In this document: in pieces, positions 1 to 10,573 of the stretch
How positions within the stretch are numbered: the first letter of the stretch is position 1
How the letters are laid out: the number at the start of each line of letters is the position of its first letter
Source: Mycobacterium sp.
Lineage (GTDB): Bacteria; Actinomycetota; Actinomycetes; Mycobacteriales; Mycobacteriaceae
Assembly (NCBI GenBank): GCA_035492865.1
Contig: DATJIX010000156.1
Span: 1 to 53,792, forward strand
Length of the DNA: 53,792 nt
Direction: 5' to 3'
Made by a program: the position numbers and the translations under genes
Notes under the pieces: model-generated
The model's database searches: none
Seen by the model: the letters and a program-made list of their open reading frames with translations, nothing else
Told to the model about the DNA's origin: nothing

Positions 1-306
1 GCACCCGCGGAACCGGTCCGTCGGCGGACCGTCGAAAATCGCCAAGAGGCGGTTCCTCGGCGTGCTGTCCACGGTGTCCAAGGCTTTTTCATTGGGCATC
101 CCGCCGGTTTCGTGGATGCCACGCAGATACTCCTCGACCACTCGATCCTTACTCGAAAAGTGTTGGTAGAGAGTGCGTTTGGAGGCCTTCGCGTGCTCGG
201 CCAATCGTTCGACACCCGTCACGTGGATGCCGTCACGGTAGAACAACGTTCGCGCGGCGGCCAAGATCCGGTCGCGCGCGGTGCCTTCACCATTCACTGG
301 ATCCAC
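1..306 (-). CDS. TetR/AcrR family transcriptional regulator (3' end runs off the window)
   Basis: Not in the ORF track. Hand translation from GTG at 306 (alternative GTG 297) gives ...TARDRILAAARTLFYRDGIHVTGVERLAEHAKASKRTLYQHFSSKD..., a classic TetR HTH, open to position 1. Confidence 0.9.
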   Translation of the reverse strand, partial: MDPVNGEGTARDRILAAARTLFYRDGIHVTGVERLAEHAKASKRTLYQHFSSKDRVVEEYLRGIHETGGMPNEKALDTVDSTPRNRLLAIFDGPPTDRFRGC

Positions 307-309
307 TGT

Positions 310-364
310 ACACCGATCGGTGTTGTTATTTTCCCAGTTCAAGATACTCGGAATACCGATCGGT
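310..364. promoter_or_regulatory. Two ACCGATCGGT palindromes, putative TetR operators
   Basis: Perfect 14-bp palindrome ACACCGATCGGTGT at 310-323 and a second core ACCGATCGGT at 355-364, between the divergent tetR and nmrA-like genes. Confidence 0.75.
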
Positions 365-420
365 TTCCTTGGGTTGCGTCAGGTGACCGGCCCGATATAG
401 CGAGTGAGGAAGGCAATGCG

Positions 421-1344
421 ATGACCGATAAGACCGACCTGTTTCTGGTGATGGGTGCGACCGGCAAGACAGGAGCACACACCGTCAAGCTGCTGCGTGA
501 CGAAGGCCTGCGCGTGCGCGCGTTCGTCCACAGCCTGGACGGCCGTGCAGCCCAGTTGGAGGCACTGGGCGCGGAAGTGGTCCAGGGCGACGTGTCGGAT
601 TTCCACTCCGTGAGTGCAGCGACCGTCGGAGTGACGGCGGCCTACTTCACGTATCCGATCAGCGAGGGACTTATCGAGGCTACGACGAATTTCGCGCAGG
701 CCGCCGGCGAGGCAGGCGTACATGCCGTGGTGAACATGTCGCAGATTTCCGCGCGCCGAGAGGCCAAGAGCAATGCCGCACGCCAGCATTGGATCGCCGA
801 GCGGCTGCTCGACCGCACGGCGATGGTCACCACCCATCTACGACCGACCTTCTTCATGGAATGGCAGACCGGCTTCTGGGTCCGCCGCGGCGACGAGGGC
901 CTGTTCCGGCTGCCGTTCGCCGATGTTCGGCACGCCCCGATTGCGGCGGTGGATCAAGCCAGAGTCATCACAGCCATCCTGCAGAACCCCGACCCCCATG
1001 ACCGACAGGTCTATCCACTGGTCGGCGTCGAAGAACTCAACTGGTACGAGATTGCCGCGAAGGTCCAAGACACGCTGGGCATCCCGGTTCAGTACACGCC
1101 GATCGACATCCCTGCTTTCGCAGCGGGATTGCGCGACGCCGGCGGATCCGACCATTTCGTGCAGCACATCAGCAGCGTGGCGCAGGATTACCGCGACGGG
1201 GTTTTCTCCGGGATGAACAACCTCGTCGAAGCGATCGGTGGTGTTCCGCCGATCACCGTGGAGGAGTTCGTCGCATCCGTCCGCCGCGATTTCGACACCG
1301 ACGGGCCGTACGGGATCACCGACGCACGACTGCGGGCGGCGTGA
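421..1344 (+). CDS. NmrA-like NAD(P)H-binding protein (atypical SDR)
   Basis: LVMGATGKTG Rossmann motif; ATG 421 preceded by GAGGAAGG. The ORF-track extension to 112 overlaps the tetR gene. Confidence 0.88.
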   Translation: MTDKTDLFLVMGATGKTGAHTVKLLRDEGLRVRAFVHSLDGRAAQLEALGAEVVQGDVSDFHSVSAATVGVTAAYFTYPISEGLIEATTNFAQAAGEAGVHAVVNMSQISARREAKSNAARQHWIAERLLDRTAMVTTHLRPTFFMEWQTGFWVRRGDEGLFRLPFADVRHAPIAAVDQARVITAILQNPDPHDRQVYPLVGVEELNWYEIAAKVQDTLGIPVQYTPIDIPAFAAGLRDAGGSDHFVQHISSVAQDYRDGVFSGMNNLVEAIGGVPPITVEEFVASVRRDFDTDGPYGITDARLRAA

Positions 1345-1357
1345 GCGCGCAACTCAC

Positions 1358-2344
1358 CTAGGCCGTCGCGGCCGCCTCCTCGCACGGTCCGTTGCACGAG
1401 AACCGGCGCCGGTAGTCCGTCGGCGTCACGCCGATGATCCTGCGGAAGTGGTGGCGCAACAGGGTGGCCGTGCCGAAACCTGATCGATCGGCGATCCTGT
1501 CGATGTCGAGATCGGACTCTTCGAGCAGCCTTCGTGCGTAGAGCACCCGCTGGTCGGTCACCCACTGCATCGGGGTGCGGCCCGTCTCCTCGACGAACCG
1601 GCGGGCGAAGGTGCGCGCCGACATGTGCGCACGGGTGGCCAACGTCGCGACCGTATGCGGCTTGTCGAGATTGGTGAGGATCCAATCCAGATGCGGCGCA
1701 AACCCTTCCGAACATCGCACCGGAATGGGTTGGTCGATGTACTGGCGCTGCCCGCCGTCGCGCTGCGGCGGCACCACCATTCTGCGCGCGATCTTGTTGG
1801 TGACCTCGCTCCCCAGCTCGCGGCGCACCAGGTGCAGGCAGGCGTCGATGCCCGCCGCCGTGCCCGCGCTGGTGATCAGGTTGCCGTCGTCGACGAACAA
1901 CACATTGCGGTCGACCTTGGCGGTCGGATACATGCTGGCCAGTTCGTCGGCGTGCATCCAGTGGGTGGTGCACGGCCTTCCGTCCAGTAGCCCGGCGGCG
2001 CCAGCCACGAACGCACCCGAGCACACCGTCAAGATGATCGAGCCCGAGTCGGCCGCCTTCCGCACCGCGTCGAGCGCGTCCGGCAGATACCCGCCGTACT
2101 GACTGCTGATCGCCGGGATCGCGACGAGGTCGGCACCCACGAGCTCGTCGAGCCCGTGGTCGGGGGTAATGGTGGCGCCGACGGAGGTCCGCAATGACTT
2201 GCCCGGCTCCGGGCCGCACACCTTGAAATCGAAGTTCGGCACACCGTCGGCCGACCGGTCGATGCCGAAGACCTCGCAGATCACCCCGAACTCAAAAATC
2301 GCTAGACCATCCATCACCAGCGTGGATACGCTCTTAAGTGCCAT
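1358..2344 (-). CDS. GlxA/AdpA-type AraC regulator (DJ-1/PfpI domain + AraC HTH)
   Basis: TVCSGAF, CTTHW, ITSAGTAAGIDACLHLVR, VVPPQRDGGQRQYI and C-terminal double HTH (MSARTFARRF...SGFGTATLLRHHF). Confidence 0.92.
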   Translation of the reverse strand: MALKSVSTLVMDGLAIFEFGVICEVFGIDRSADGVPNFDFKVCGPEPGKSLRTSVGATITPDHGLDELVGADLVAIPAISSQYGGYLPDALDAVRKAADSGSIILTVCSGAFVAGAAGLLDGRPCTTHWMHADELASMYPTAKVDRNVLFVDDGNLITSAGTAAGIDACLHLVRRELGSEVTNKIARRMVVPPQRDGGQRQYIDQPIPVRCSEGFAPHLDWILTNLDKPHTVATLATRAHMSARTFARRFVEETGRTPMQWVTDQRVLYARRLLEESDLDIDRIADRSGFGTATLLRHHFRRIIGVTPTDYRRRFSCNGPCEEAAATA

Positions 2345-2415
2345 GGCAGCATTTTATCGCAAGGTGTCCTTCCTGCCACTGTTGGCGGGATATTTATCAG
2401 CGGAGTATTACTGCC

Positions 2416-2670
2416 ATGACCACTGCACTCGCACTTCTGATTCTGATCGCCCCGTTCGCGGTGGCAGCGGCGCTCAGCTGGGCCGCCCATCGCTCTGACT
2501 CGATTCGTATCCGTTTCGACCAGTTCCGTTGGTCCGCCCCGATGATGGGCCGACTGTTCGAGGACGACCGCGACGGCTTCCGCATCGCACATGACGTCGA
2601 CGCGATCCGCTCGCGGTTTGAGAAGCAGCCGTTCTGGCCCGCCTCAGGCGCCATGGGCGAGCGTCGCTAG
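2416..2670 (+). CDS. Small membrane-anchored hypothetical protein (84 aa)
   Basis: ATG 2416; N-terminal hydrophobic stretch ALALLILIAPFAVAAALSW; divergent from the AraC gene. Confidence 0.65.
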   Translation: MTTALALLILIAPFAVAAALSWAAHRSDSIRIRFDQFRWSAPMMGRLFEDDRDGFRIAHDVDAIRSRFEKQPFWPASGAMGERR

Positions 2671-3414
2671 GAACGACTCGACCGCCTCTCGGTAGATCTG
2701 CGGCGCATCGTCGTGGATCAGGTGACCGGCTCCGGGCACGTGCACATACGTTGTCCGGTAGCCGGTTTCCTGCATTTTGCGCATCTGTCCCGGCGGTGTC
2801 ACAGAGTTGCCCGCTTCGAGGAGCAGCGTCGGCACCCGCACCGCCTCCCATTGCGCCCAATAGTCACGGGTGCCCCATTCGGCGGCGATGTCGATCCATG
2901 CCTTGGGCTGCCCGTGTAGCCGCCAGCCGGTTGCGGTCCGGTCGAAGGCCTCCAGGAAGTACTGACCGGCGACAGGACCGAACTCGTCGTAAACCTGTTG
3001 CGCTGTGCCGAATTCGGCAGGCAGCGCATGCACCCATGGCTCCCACGGCCCGGTGGTGCGGCCCCGGAAATCCGGTGCCATGTCCTCAACCACCAACGCG
3101 CTGACCAGATCCGGCCGATCAGCGGCCAGACACCAGGAATGCAGCGCACCCATCGAGTGGCCGACCATGACGGCGGGTCTGCCCAGTGCGGCGACGGCGT
3201 CGCCGAGATCGGATACGAACCGCTCGGTGCTGATCGGATGGGAATCGGCGACGTCGCGGCCGCGGTGCCAGGGTGCGTCATAGGTGTAGACCTCACCGAG
3301 CGCGGTCAGCCAGGGGAGCTGGCGCGACCAGGTGCTGCCCCGCCCCATCAGCCCATGCACCAGCACCAGCGGATTGCCGTCGCCGCCGCGGGGCATCAGC
3401 GGGTCGGGGGCCAT
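2644..3414 (-). CDS. Alpha/beta hydrolase (Rv3591c-like)
   Basis: LVLVHGLMG, GHSMG nucleophile elbow, GAGHLIH catalytic His; ATG 3414; divergent from mhuD as in M. tuberculosis. Confidence 0.9.
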   Translation of the reverse strand: MAPDPLMPRGGDGNPLVLVHGLMGRGSTWSRQLPWLTALGEVYTYDAPWHRGRDVADSHPISTERFVSDLGDAVAALGRPAVMVGHSMGALHSWCLAADRPDLVSALVVEDMAPDFRGRTTGPWEPWVHALPAEFGTAQQVYDEFGPVAGQYFLEAFDRTATGWRLHGQPKAWIDIAAEWGTRDYWAQWEAVRVPTLLLEAGNSVTPPGQMRKMQETGYRTTYVHVPGAGHLIHDDAPQIYREAVESFLATLAHGA

Positions 3415-3438
3415 GGCAGCGCACGGTAGCCTAACCAG

Positions 3439-3750
3439 ATGCCCGTGGTGAAGATCAACGCAATCGAGGTCCCGCCCGACGCCGGCCCGGAGCTGGAGAA
3501 GCGGTTCGCACACCGTGCACACGCCGTCGACAACCAGCCCGGTTTCCTCGGGTTCCAGCTGCTGCGCCCGATCAAGGGCGAGGACCGCTACTTCGTGGTC
3601 ACGCAGTGGGAGTCCGAAGAGGCATTCCAGGCATGGGCGACGGGCCCCGCCATCGAAGCGCACAAGGGGCAGGCCGCCAATCCCGTGGCGACGGGAGCGT
3701 CCCTGCTGGAGTTCGAGGTTGTCCTGGACGTTGCGGGCGCTAGTAAATAA
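3439..3750 (+). CDS. mhuD: Heme-degrading monooxygenase MhuD (ABM family)
   Basis: MPVVKINAIEVP...ELEKRFAHRAHAV...YFVVTQWESEEAFQAWATGPAIEAH, closely matching recalled Rv3592. Confidence 0.95.
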   Translation: MPVVKINAIEVPPDAGPELEKRFAHRAHAVDNQPGFLGFQLLRPIKGEDRYFVVTQWESEEAFQAWATGPAIEAHKGQAANPVATGASLLEFEVVLDVAGASK

Positions 3751-5098
3751 GGCCGGGTGTAGCGCGCGCGCCGCGGCCACACTGGGGGTCGCGGTGGCGC
3801 TCGTCGTCGCGCTGGCGTGCGGCTGCACTACCAAGAGCGCGACGCCCGCACCGGTCGCGGACACCACCTATGGCGCACCGATCGAAATAAACACCCCCCA
3901 GGGTCTGCGGGCCAAGCAGACCATCGACATGCTCAATTCCGAGTGGCCGATCGGCACCGTCGGGGTGCGCACCATGGCCGCGCCCGACCAAGTCAACGGC
4001 GTCACCTCGCTGATGGGCAATCTCTGGCTGGATCGGCCGATCACCGTCACCGGCATCGAGATCGGCGCGGGCCAGGCGAAGCTGCACACGCTCACGTCCT
4101 ACGGCGCTGCCCAGGACATCGACTTGCGCACCAACACTGAGGGTTTCGTCGACCGGTTCGCGGTGACGTTGCAACCGCCGAAGATCACCGACTGGCGCGA
4201 TATCGACGCGGTACTTTCGAAGACGGGTGCGCGCTACTCGTATCAAGTCGCGAAGGTCGACAACGGTCAGTGCTCACCGATCGCGGGCACCAACACGGAT
4301 TTGTCGCTGCCACTGGCGTCGATCTTCAAACTGTATGTGCTGCTTGCGGTTGCAGATGCCGTGAAGGCCGGCACCCTGCACTGGACCGACCAGGTCACGA
4401 TCACCGACGAAGCCAAGAAGGTCGGCTCGGCCACTCTCGACGAGCTGCCGTCGGGAACGCAGGTGTCGGTGCGCAAGGCTGCCCAGGAGATGATTTCGGC
4501 CAGCGACAACATGGCGACCGACCTGCTGATCGAGCGGGTGACCCCCGGTGCCGTCGAGCGTGCCCTTGTCGCCGCGGGCCACCACGATCCGGCCAGCATG
4601 ACGCCGTTCCCCACCATGCACGAACTGTTCTCGATCGGCTGGGGGAAACCGGACCTGCGCGAGCAATGGAAGGAAGGCACTCCCCAGATTCGCGCGCAAC
4701 TGCTCCAGCAGACGAAATCGCGCCCCTACGAACCGGATCCGACGCGCACCACCTCGCCCGCGTCAGCCTACGGTGCCGAGTGGTACGGAAGCGCCGCCGA
4801 CATCTGCCGGGTGCATGCCGCGTTGCAGTCCGCCGCGGTCGGTGCGGCGGCGCCGGTGAAGGACATCCTGTCCCATGTCCCGGGAATCGATCTGGACAGG
4901 TCGAAGTGGCCCTACATCGGCGCCAAGGCCGGAAATCTGCCCGGCGACATGACATTCAGCTGGTATGCCGTCGACCGCACGGGCCAGGCCTGGGTGGTCA
5001 GCTTCCAGGCGAACTGGCCGAGCTTCCGCAGCAACACCGCCGCGGGTTGGCTGCTGTCGATCGCGAAGCAGGCCTTCGGCCTGATTCCCGTCGCCTGA
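3731..5098 (+). CDS. lpqF: Lipoprotein LpqF, class A beta-lactamase-like serine hydrolase
   Basis: Lipobox LACGC, SxxK (SIFK), SDN and KAG motifs; follows mhuD. Start uncertain (TTG 3731 chosen). Confidence 0.85.
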   Translation: MRALVNKAGCSARAAATLGVAVALVVALACGCTTKSATPAPVADTTYGAPIEINTPQGLRAKQTIDMLNSEWPIGTVGVRTMAAPDQVNGVTSLMGNLWLDRPITVTGIEIGAGQAKLHTLTSYGAAQDIDLRTNTEGFVDRFAVTLQPPKITDWRDIDAVLSKTGARYSYQVAKVDNGQCSPIAGTNTDLSLPLASIFKLYVLLAVADAVKAGTLHWTDQVTITDEAKKVGSATLDELPSGTQVSVRKAAQEMISASDNMATDLLIERVTPGAVERALVAAGHHDPASMTPFPTMHELFSIGWGKPDLREQWKEGTPQIRAQLLQQTKSRPYEPDPTRTTSPASAYGAEWYGSAADICRVHAALQSAAVGAAAPVKDILSHVPGIDLDRSKWPYIGAKAGNLPGDMTFSWYAVDRTGQAWVVSFQANWPSFRSNTAAGWLLSIAKQAFGLIPVA

Positions 5099-5099
5099 C

Positions 5100-5651
5100 C
5101 TAGAGGCTTGAGCGCAGCGTCCAAGCGTGCCCGCGGAAGTGCATTACCGTGCGGCTGACCGGTGCAATATCGATGCGCCAGAACGACTTTGGCGGCGCGT
5201 TGAGCACAACCAGGATCGCCGCGCGGATCACCGCCGGATGAGTGACGGCGACCAGCCGGGCGCGGCGGGTGGTCAGTGAATCCATCCACCCACGAACCCG
5301 GTCGATCAGCTCGATGACCGTCTCGCCGCCGTGCGGCGCCTGCGTCGGGTCGGTCAGCCAGATCGCCAGATCGTCAGGCCGCACGCCGCCCACCACATCG
5401 CCGCGCCAACGGCCGCAGTCAAGATCGGCCAGCCGGTTGTCGATAGTGGCGTGCAGACCCAGCAATTCGGCCGTCTGCCTGGTCCGCTTCTCCGGTCCGC
5501 AGTAGGCGCGTTCGGTTACCCCGAGGTCGATGGACGCGTCGACCTGCCGGTGACCGACCGCGTTGAGCGGCTCGTCGGTGGCAAATCGTCCGGCCGCCAT
5601 CGCATCCGTCATCGCGTGCGAGACGAGGGTGAGCCGGACGACCTCACTCAC
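5100..5651 (-). CDS. Histidine phosphatase family protein (CobC-like, degenerate RHG motif)
   Basis: LTLVSHAMT, RTRQTA, LADLDCGRWRG, VAVTHPAVIR; GTG 5651 overlaps the cbtA stop. Confidence 0.8.
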   Translation of the reverse strand: MSEVVRLTLVSHAMTDAMAAGRFATDEPLNAVGHRQVDASIDLGVTERAYCGPEKRTRQTAELLGLHATIDNRLADLDCGRWRGDVVGGVRPDDLAIWLTDPTQAPHGGETVIELIDRVRGWMDSLTTRRARLVAVTHPAVIRAAILVVLNAPPKSFWRIDIAPVSRTVMHFRGHAWTLRSSL

Positions 5652-6430
5652 GCAGGTACTACATCCCGCCGCTTGGAATCGAACAGCCGCGATGCCAGTG
5701 CGGCGAACACCAGCCCGATGGTCGCCCACATGACCACTTGGGTACCCAGTGAATAGAGCCGGAACTGGTAGAGGTCGTCGGCCGGGAAACCCTGATAGAT
5801 GATGTTGCCCGCGTCGTCGCGCAACGGTCCCGGCGTCTCGTCGATGGTCGGCAGGATCAACATCACGACCGCGATCGCGACGATATACGCGCCGACCGCC
5901 GCGAGCGTCGCGTTCCACGCTCCCCACCGCGCCGCGAGCTGCCGACCCAGATAGACCGCACCTACGAACAACGCGGCAGACAGCACGACCATCAGCAGGT
6001 ACAGCAGGGTGCGCTGCCGGATGGTCTCATCGAGGCTCACCGCCGGCGGGTTGGCCGGGTACTTCAACGCCGGAACGACGTACAGGCTCAACAACATTCC
6101 GCCCGACACGTACAGCGACAACAGACGTGCCGACACACTGCCGACGCGGCCGTACGTCACCGCGAACACCACCGCGAACAGCGCGCCCATCGCGACACTG
6201 AACCCCAGCACCCCGAACCCCATGCCGATGTTGGCCTGCACGCCGCGGGTGAACACCTCGACACCGTGCTCGTGGCCGCCGTGCATGGCCTCGTGGGCCG
6301 CGCCGACGCCGTCCTCATAACCGATCGCCCGATCGATGACGGGTTCGACGAAGATGCGCGCGAAGACGAACGCGAACACTCCAGCGAGGGCGCCGGCAAC
6401 AAGGCCGCGCCCGATGATCTGCTTTTCCAT
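5648..6430 (-). CDS. cbtA: Cobalt transporter subunit CbtA
   Basis: Multi-TM protein with EPVIDRAIGYE, His-rich HEAMHGGHEHG, FTRGVQ and PALKYPANPPAV motifs; downstream of cbtB and a B12 riboswitch. Confidence 0.9.
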   Translation of the reverse strand: MEKQIIGRGLVAGALAGVFAFVFARIFVEPVIDRAIGYEDGVGAAHEAMHGGHEHGVEVFTRGVQANIGMGFGVLGFSVAMGALFAVVFAVTYGRVGSVSARLLSLYVSGGMLLSLYVVPALKYPANPPAVSLDETIRQRTLLYLLMVVLSAALFVGAVYLGRQLAARWGAWNATLAAVGAYIVAIAVVMLILPTIDETPGPLRDDAGNIIYQGFPADDLYQFRLYSLGTQVVMWATIGLVFAALASRLFDSKRRDVVPA

Positions 6431-6451
6431 TGTTCCGGCTACTCGCGCAGT

Positions 6452-6667
6452 TCAGTGGCAGGGGAAGCCGAGAAGGTGCCGGGCGTCGTGGACGAACTCG
6501 TGAACGTAGGTGTTGTTGCCGAACACCGACGTCGCGCCCTGGTCCATCCCGACGAAGTAGAGCACGATCAACGCCAGAAATGCCGTCAGCGTCAACCAAA
6601 CCGCCGCCTTGGCCACCGAGAGGTCGACTGCAGGAGCTACGGTCTTGCGGGCCTCAGGAGAGGTCAT
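6452..6667 (-). CDS. cbtB: Cobalt transporter subunit CbtB
   Basis: Single TM helix and C-terminal HEFVHDARHLLGFPCH signature. Confidence 0.92.
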   Translation of the reverse strand: MTSPEARKTVAPAVDLSVAKAAVWLTLTAFLALIVLYFVGMDQGATSVFGNNTYVHEFVHDARHLLGFPCH

Positions 6668-6680
6668 GTCATTTCCTTTC

Positions 6681-6785
6681 CGGGATTTCGCGTCCCAGGT
6701 ATCAAGGTGACGACGGGCGTCGGGTCTGACTGTCCACAGTGGCGCGACCGTTCCGGATTTTCACCAGGATTCCTTCGCCCGTCGA
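6681..6785 (-). ncRNA. Cobalamin riboswitch (compact class II-like)
   Basis: Minus strand reads AGGAATCCTGGTGAAAATCCGGAACGGTCGCGCCACTGTG...AGTCAGAC, closed by CGACGGGC/GCCCGTCG. The downstream hairpin GGGA-CGCGA-AATCCC has a loop complementary to TCGCG and sits next to the SD. Confidence 0.9.
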
Positions 6786-6811
6786 TTACATCAGCATCCT
6801 AAACACAACGT

Positions 6812-7183
6812 CTACGTTCCGGCCCCATAACCCAACTGCTGGGCGGTGTACTTCGCGGCCTCGGTGACGGGTACCGCCTGTACCGCGGTGCCGTAGGCGC
6901 AAATCTCGGTCCAGACATCGCCGAGTTCAGTGGTGTCGAACCGCATGGCGACGATCGCATTGCCGCCACGTCCGCGAGCCTCCGCGATCAGTCTGTTCAT
7001 CGCCTCGTTGCGGCTATCCGCGAGGTTCTTCGTCATGCCCTGAAGTTCGCCGCCGAACATCGACTTGAACCCGGCGCCGATTTGCGCGAACGCATTGCGG
7101 GATCGGACGGTCAGCCCGAATACCTCGCCGCAGACTCGCTGGATCTCCCAGCCGGGAAGGTCATTGGTGGTGACTATCAGCAC
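6812..7183 (-). CDS. YbjQ/UPF0145 family putative heavy-metal-binding protein
   Basis: IVTTNDLPG...GEVFGLTVRSRN...GGEL...SRNEAMNRL...GGNAIVAMRFD...EICAYGTAV. Confidence 0.9.
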   Translation of the reverse strand: MLIVTTNDLPGWEIQRVCGEVFGLTVRSRNAFAQIGAGFKSMFGGELQGMTKNLADSRNEAMNRLIAEARGRGGNAIVAMRFDTTELGDVWTEICAYGTAVQAVPVTEAAKYTAQQLGYGAGT

Positions 7184-7202
7184 GCGCGGTCCTTTCTAGA
7201 CA

Positions 7203-7246
7203 CGAAAACGGGCGGCTACCCCGGTGAGGGTAACCGCCCGCTTTCG
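7203..7246 (-). terminator. Intrinsic terminator after clpC1
   Basis: Minus-strand hairpin GCGGGCGGTTACCC-tcaccg-GGGTAGCCGCCCGT followed by TTT, just past the clpC1 stop. Confidence 0.8.
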
Positions 7247-7255
7247 CTGTGGTCG

Positions 7256-9805
<2,550 letters not shown>

Positions 9806-9973
9806 CGGTGGTTACCTGCTCTCCATCAAATAGGTACCGCGCATGCACGCTGTACCCGTCACCCAAGTCTAGTGGGCGACCGCCTCCACTGCGCTGCCTG
9901 CTTGCCCTATCCAAAATGCGATGCAGTGACGGCTGTCCGCGCCATCGGCCCTGTACCTCGGCGCTGCCCATAG

Positions 9974-10001
9974 CAACGCGGTCCTTGGAGAAATCGTTTC
10001 C
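9974..10001 (-). promoter_or_regulatory. Possible SigE/SigH-type promoter of clpC1
   Basis: Minus strand GGAAAC-N17-CGTTG resembles the ECF GGAA(C)...(C)GTT consensus, just downstream of the ClgR-like box. Confidence 0.45.
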
Positions 10002-10020
10002 GATCGTCAGGCGCGGCTGG

Positions 10021-10035
10021 TTCGCCGCTAGCGAA
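10021..10035. promoter_or_regulatory. ClgR operator-like palindrome upstream of clpC1
   Basis: TTCGC-CGCTA-GCGAA matches the actinobacterial ClgR CGC-N5-GCG box; ClgR is a known clp regulator. Confidence 0.75.
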
Positions 10036-10106
10036 AGCACATCGTTGGGTCGCCGGCTTGATCTGATGTGGCCGTCTCGGCGACCTCGTGTGCTGGCAAC
10101 TACGGA

Positions 10107-10448
10107 TTAGGTTGCCGCGTGAAATGCGTCTATGACGTCGGCGGGGATGCGGCCACGGGTGGACACATTGTGCCCGTTGCGGCGGGCCCATTCGCGGATT
10201 GCGGCGCTTTGTTCGCGGTCGATCGCCGCCCGGCCACGGCCCGAGCCCGCCGAACGGCCACGCCTACGACCGCCGACCCGCCGGCCTGCGTCCACCCATT
10301 GCTTCAAGTCGTTCCGAAGCTTTGAGGCATTCTTGGAAGAAAGGTCGATCTCATAGCTCACCCCGTCGAGCCCGAATTCGACCGTCTCATCGGCTGCGCC
10401 TTCGCCGTCGAAATCATCGACGAGCGTGACGGTCACTTTCTTCGCCAT
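10107..10448 (-). CDS. lsr2: Nucleoid-associated protein Lsr2
   Basis: [15 protein letters not shown]...YEIDLS...[20 protein letters not shown] (AT-hook-like RGR); ATG 10448. Confidence 0.99.
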   Translation of the reverse strand: MAKKVTVTLVDDFDGEGAADETVEFGLDGVSYEIDLSSKNASKLRNDLKQWVDAGRRVGGRRRGRSAGSGRGRAAIDREQSAAIREWARRNGHNVSTRGRIPADVIDAFHAAT

Positions 10449-10573
10449 TCCCCACACTGCCCTTCTGCTTGAGCACACTCAGACCTCTAGTTTAGTCCTC
10501 GAACCCCCGCACCAATGTGCCATAGAAACGCAGGCCATTCAACAGCTTCTGAAAAATCCGGAATCGAAGCAGT

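Noticed and set aside
112-420. N-terminal extension of the NmrA-like ORF
   Set aside because: Overlaps the minus-strand TetR gene and its operators; the real start is ATG 421 with an SD.
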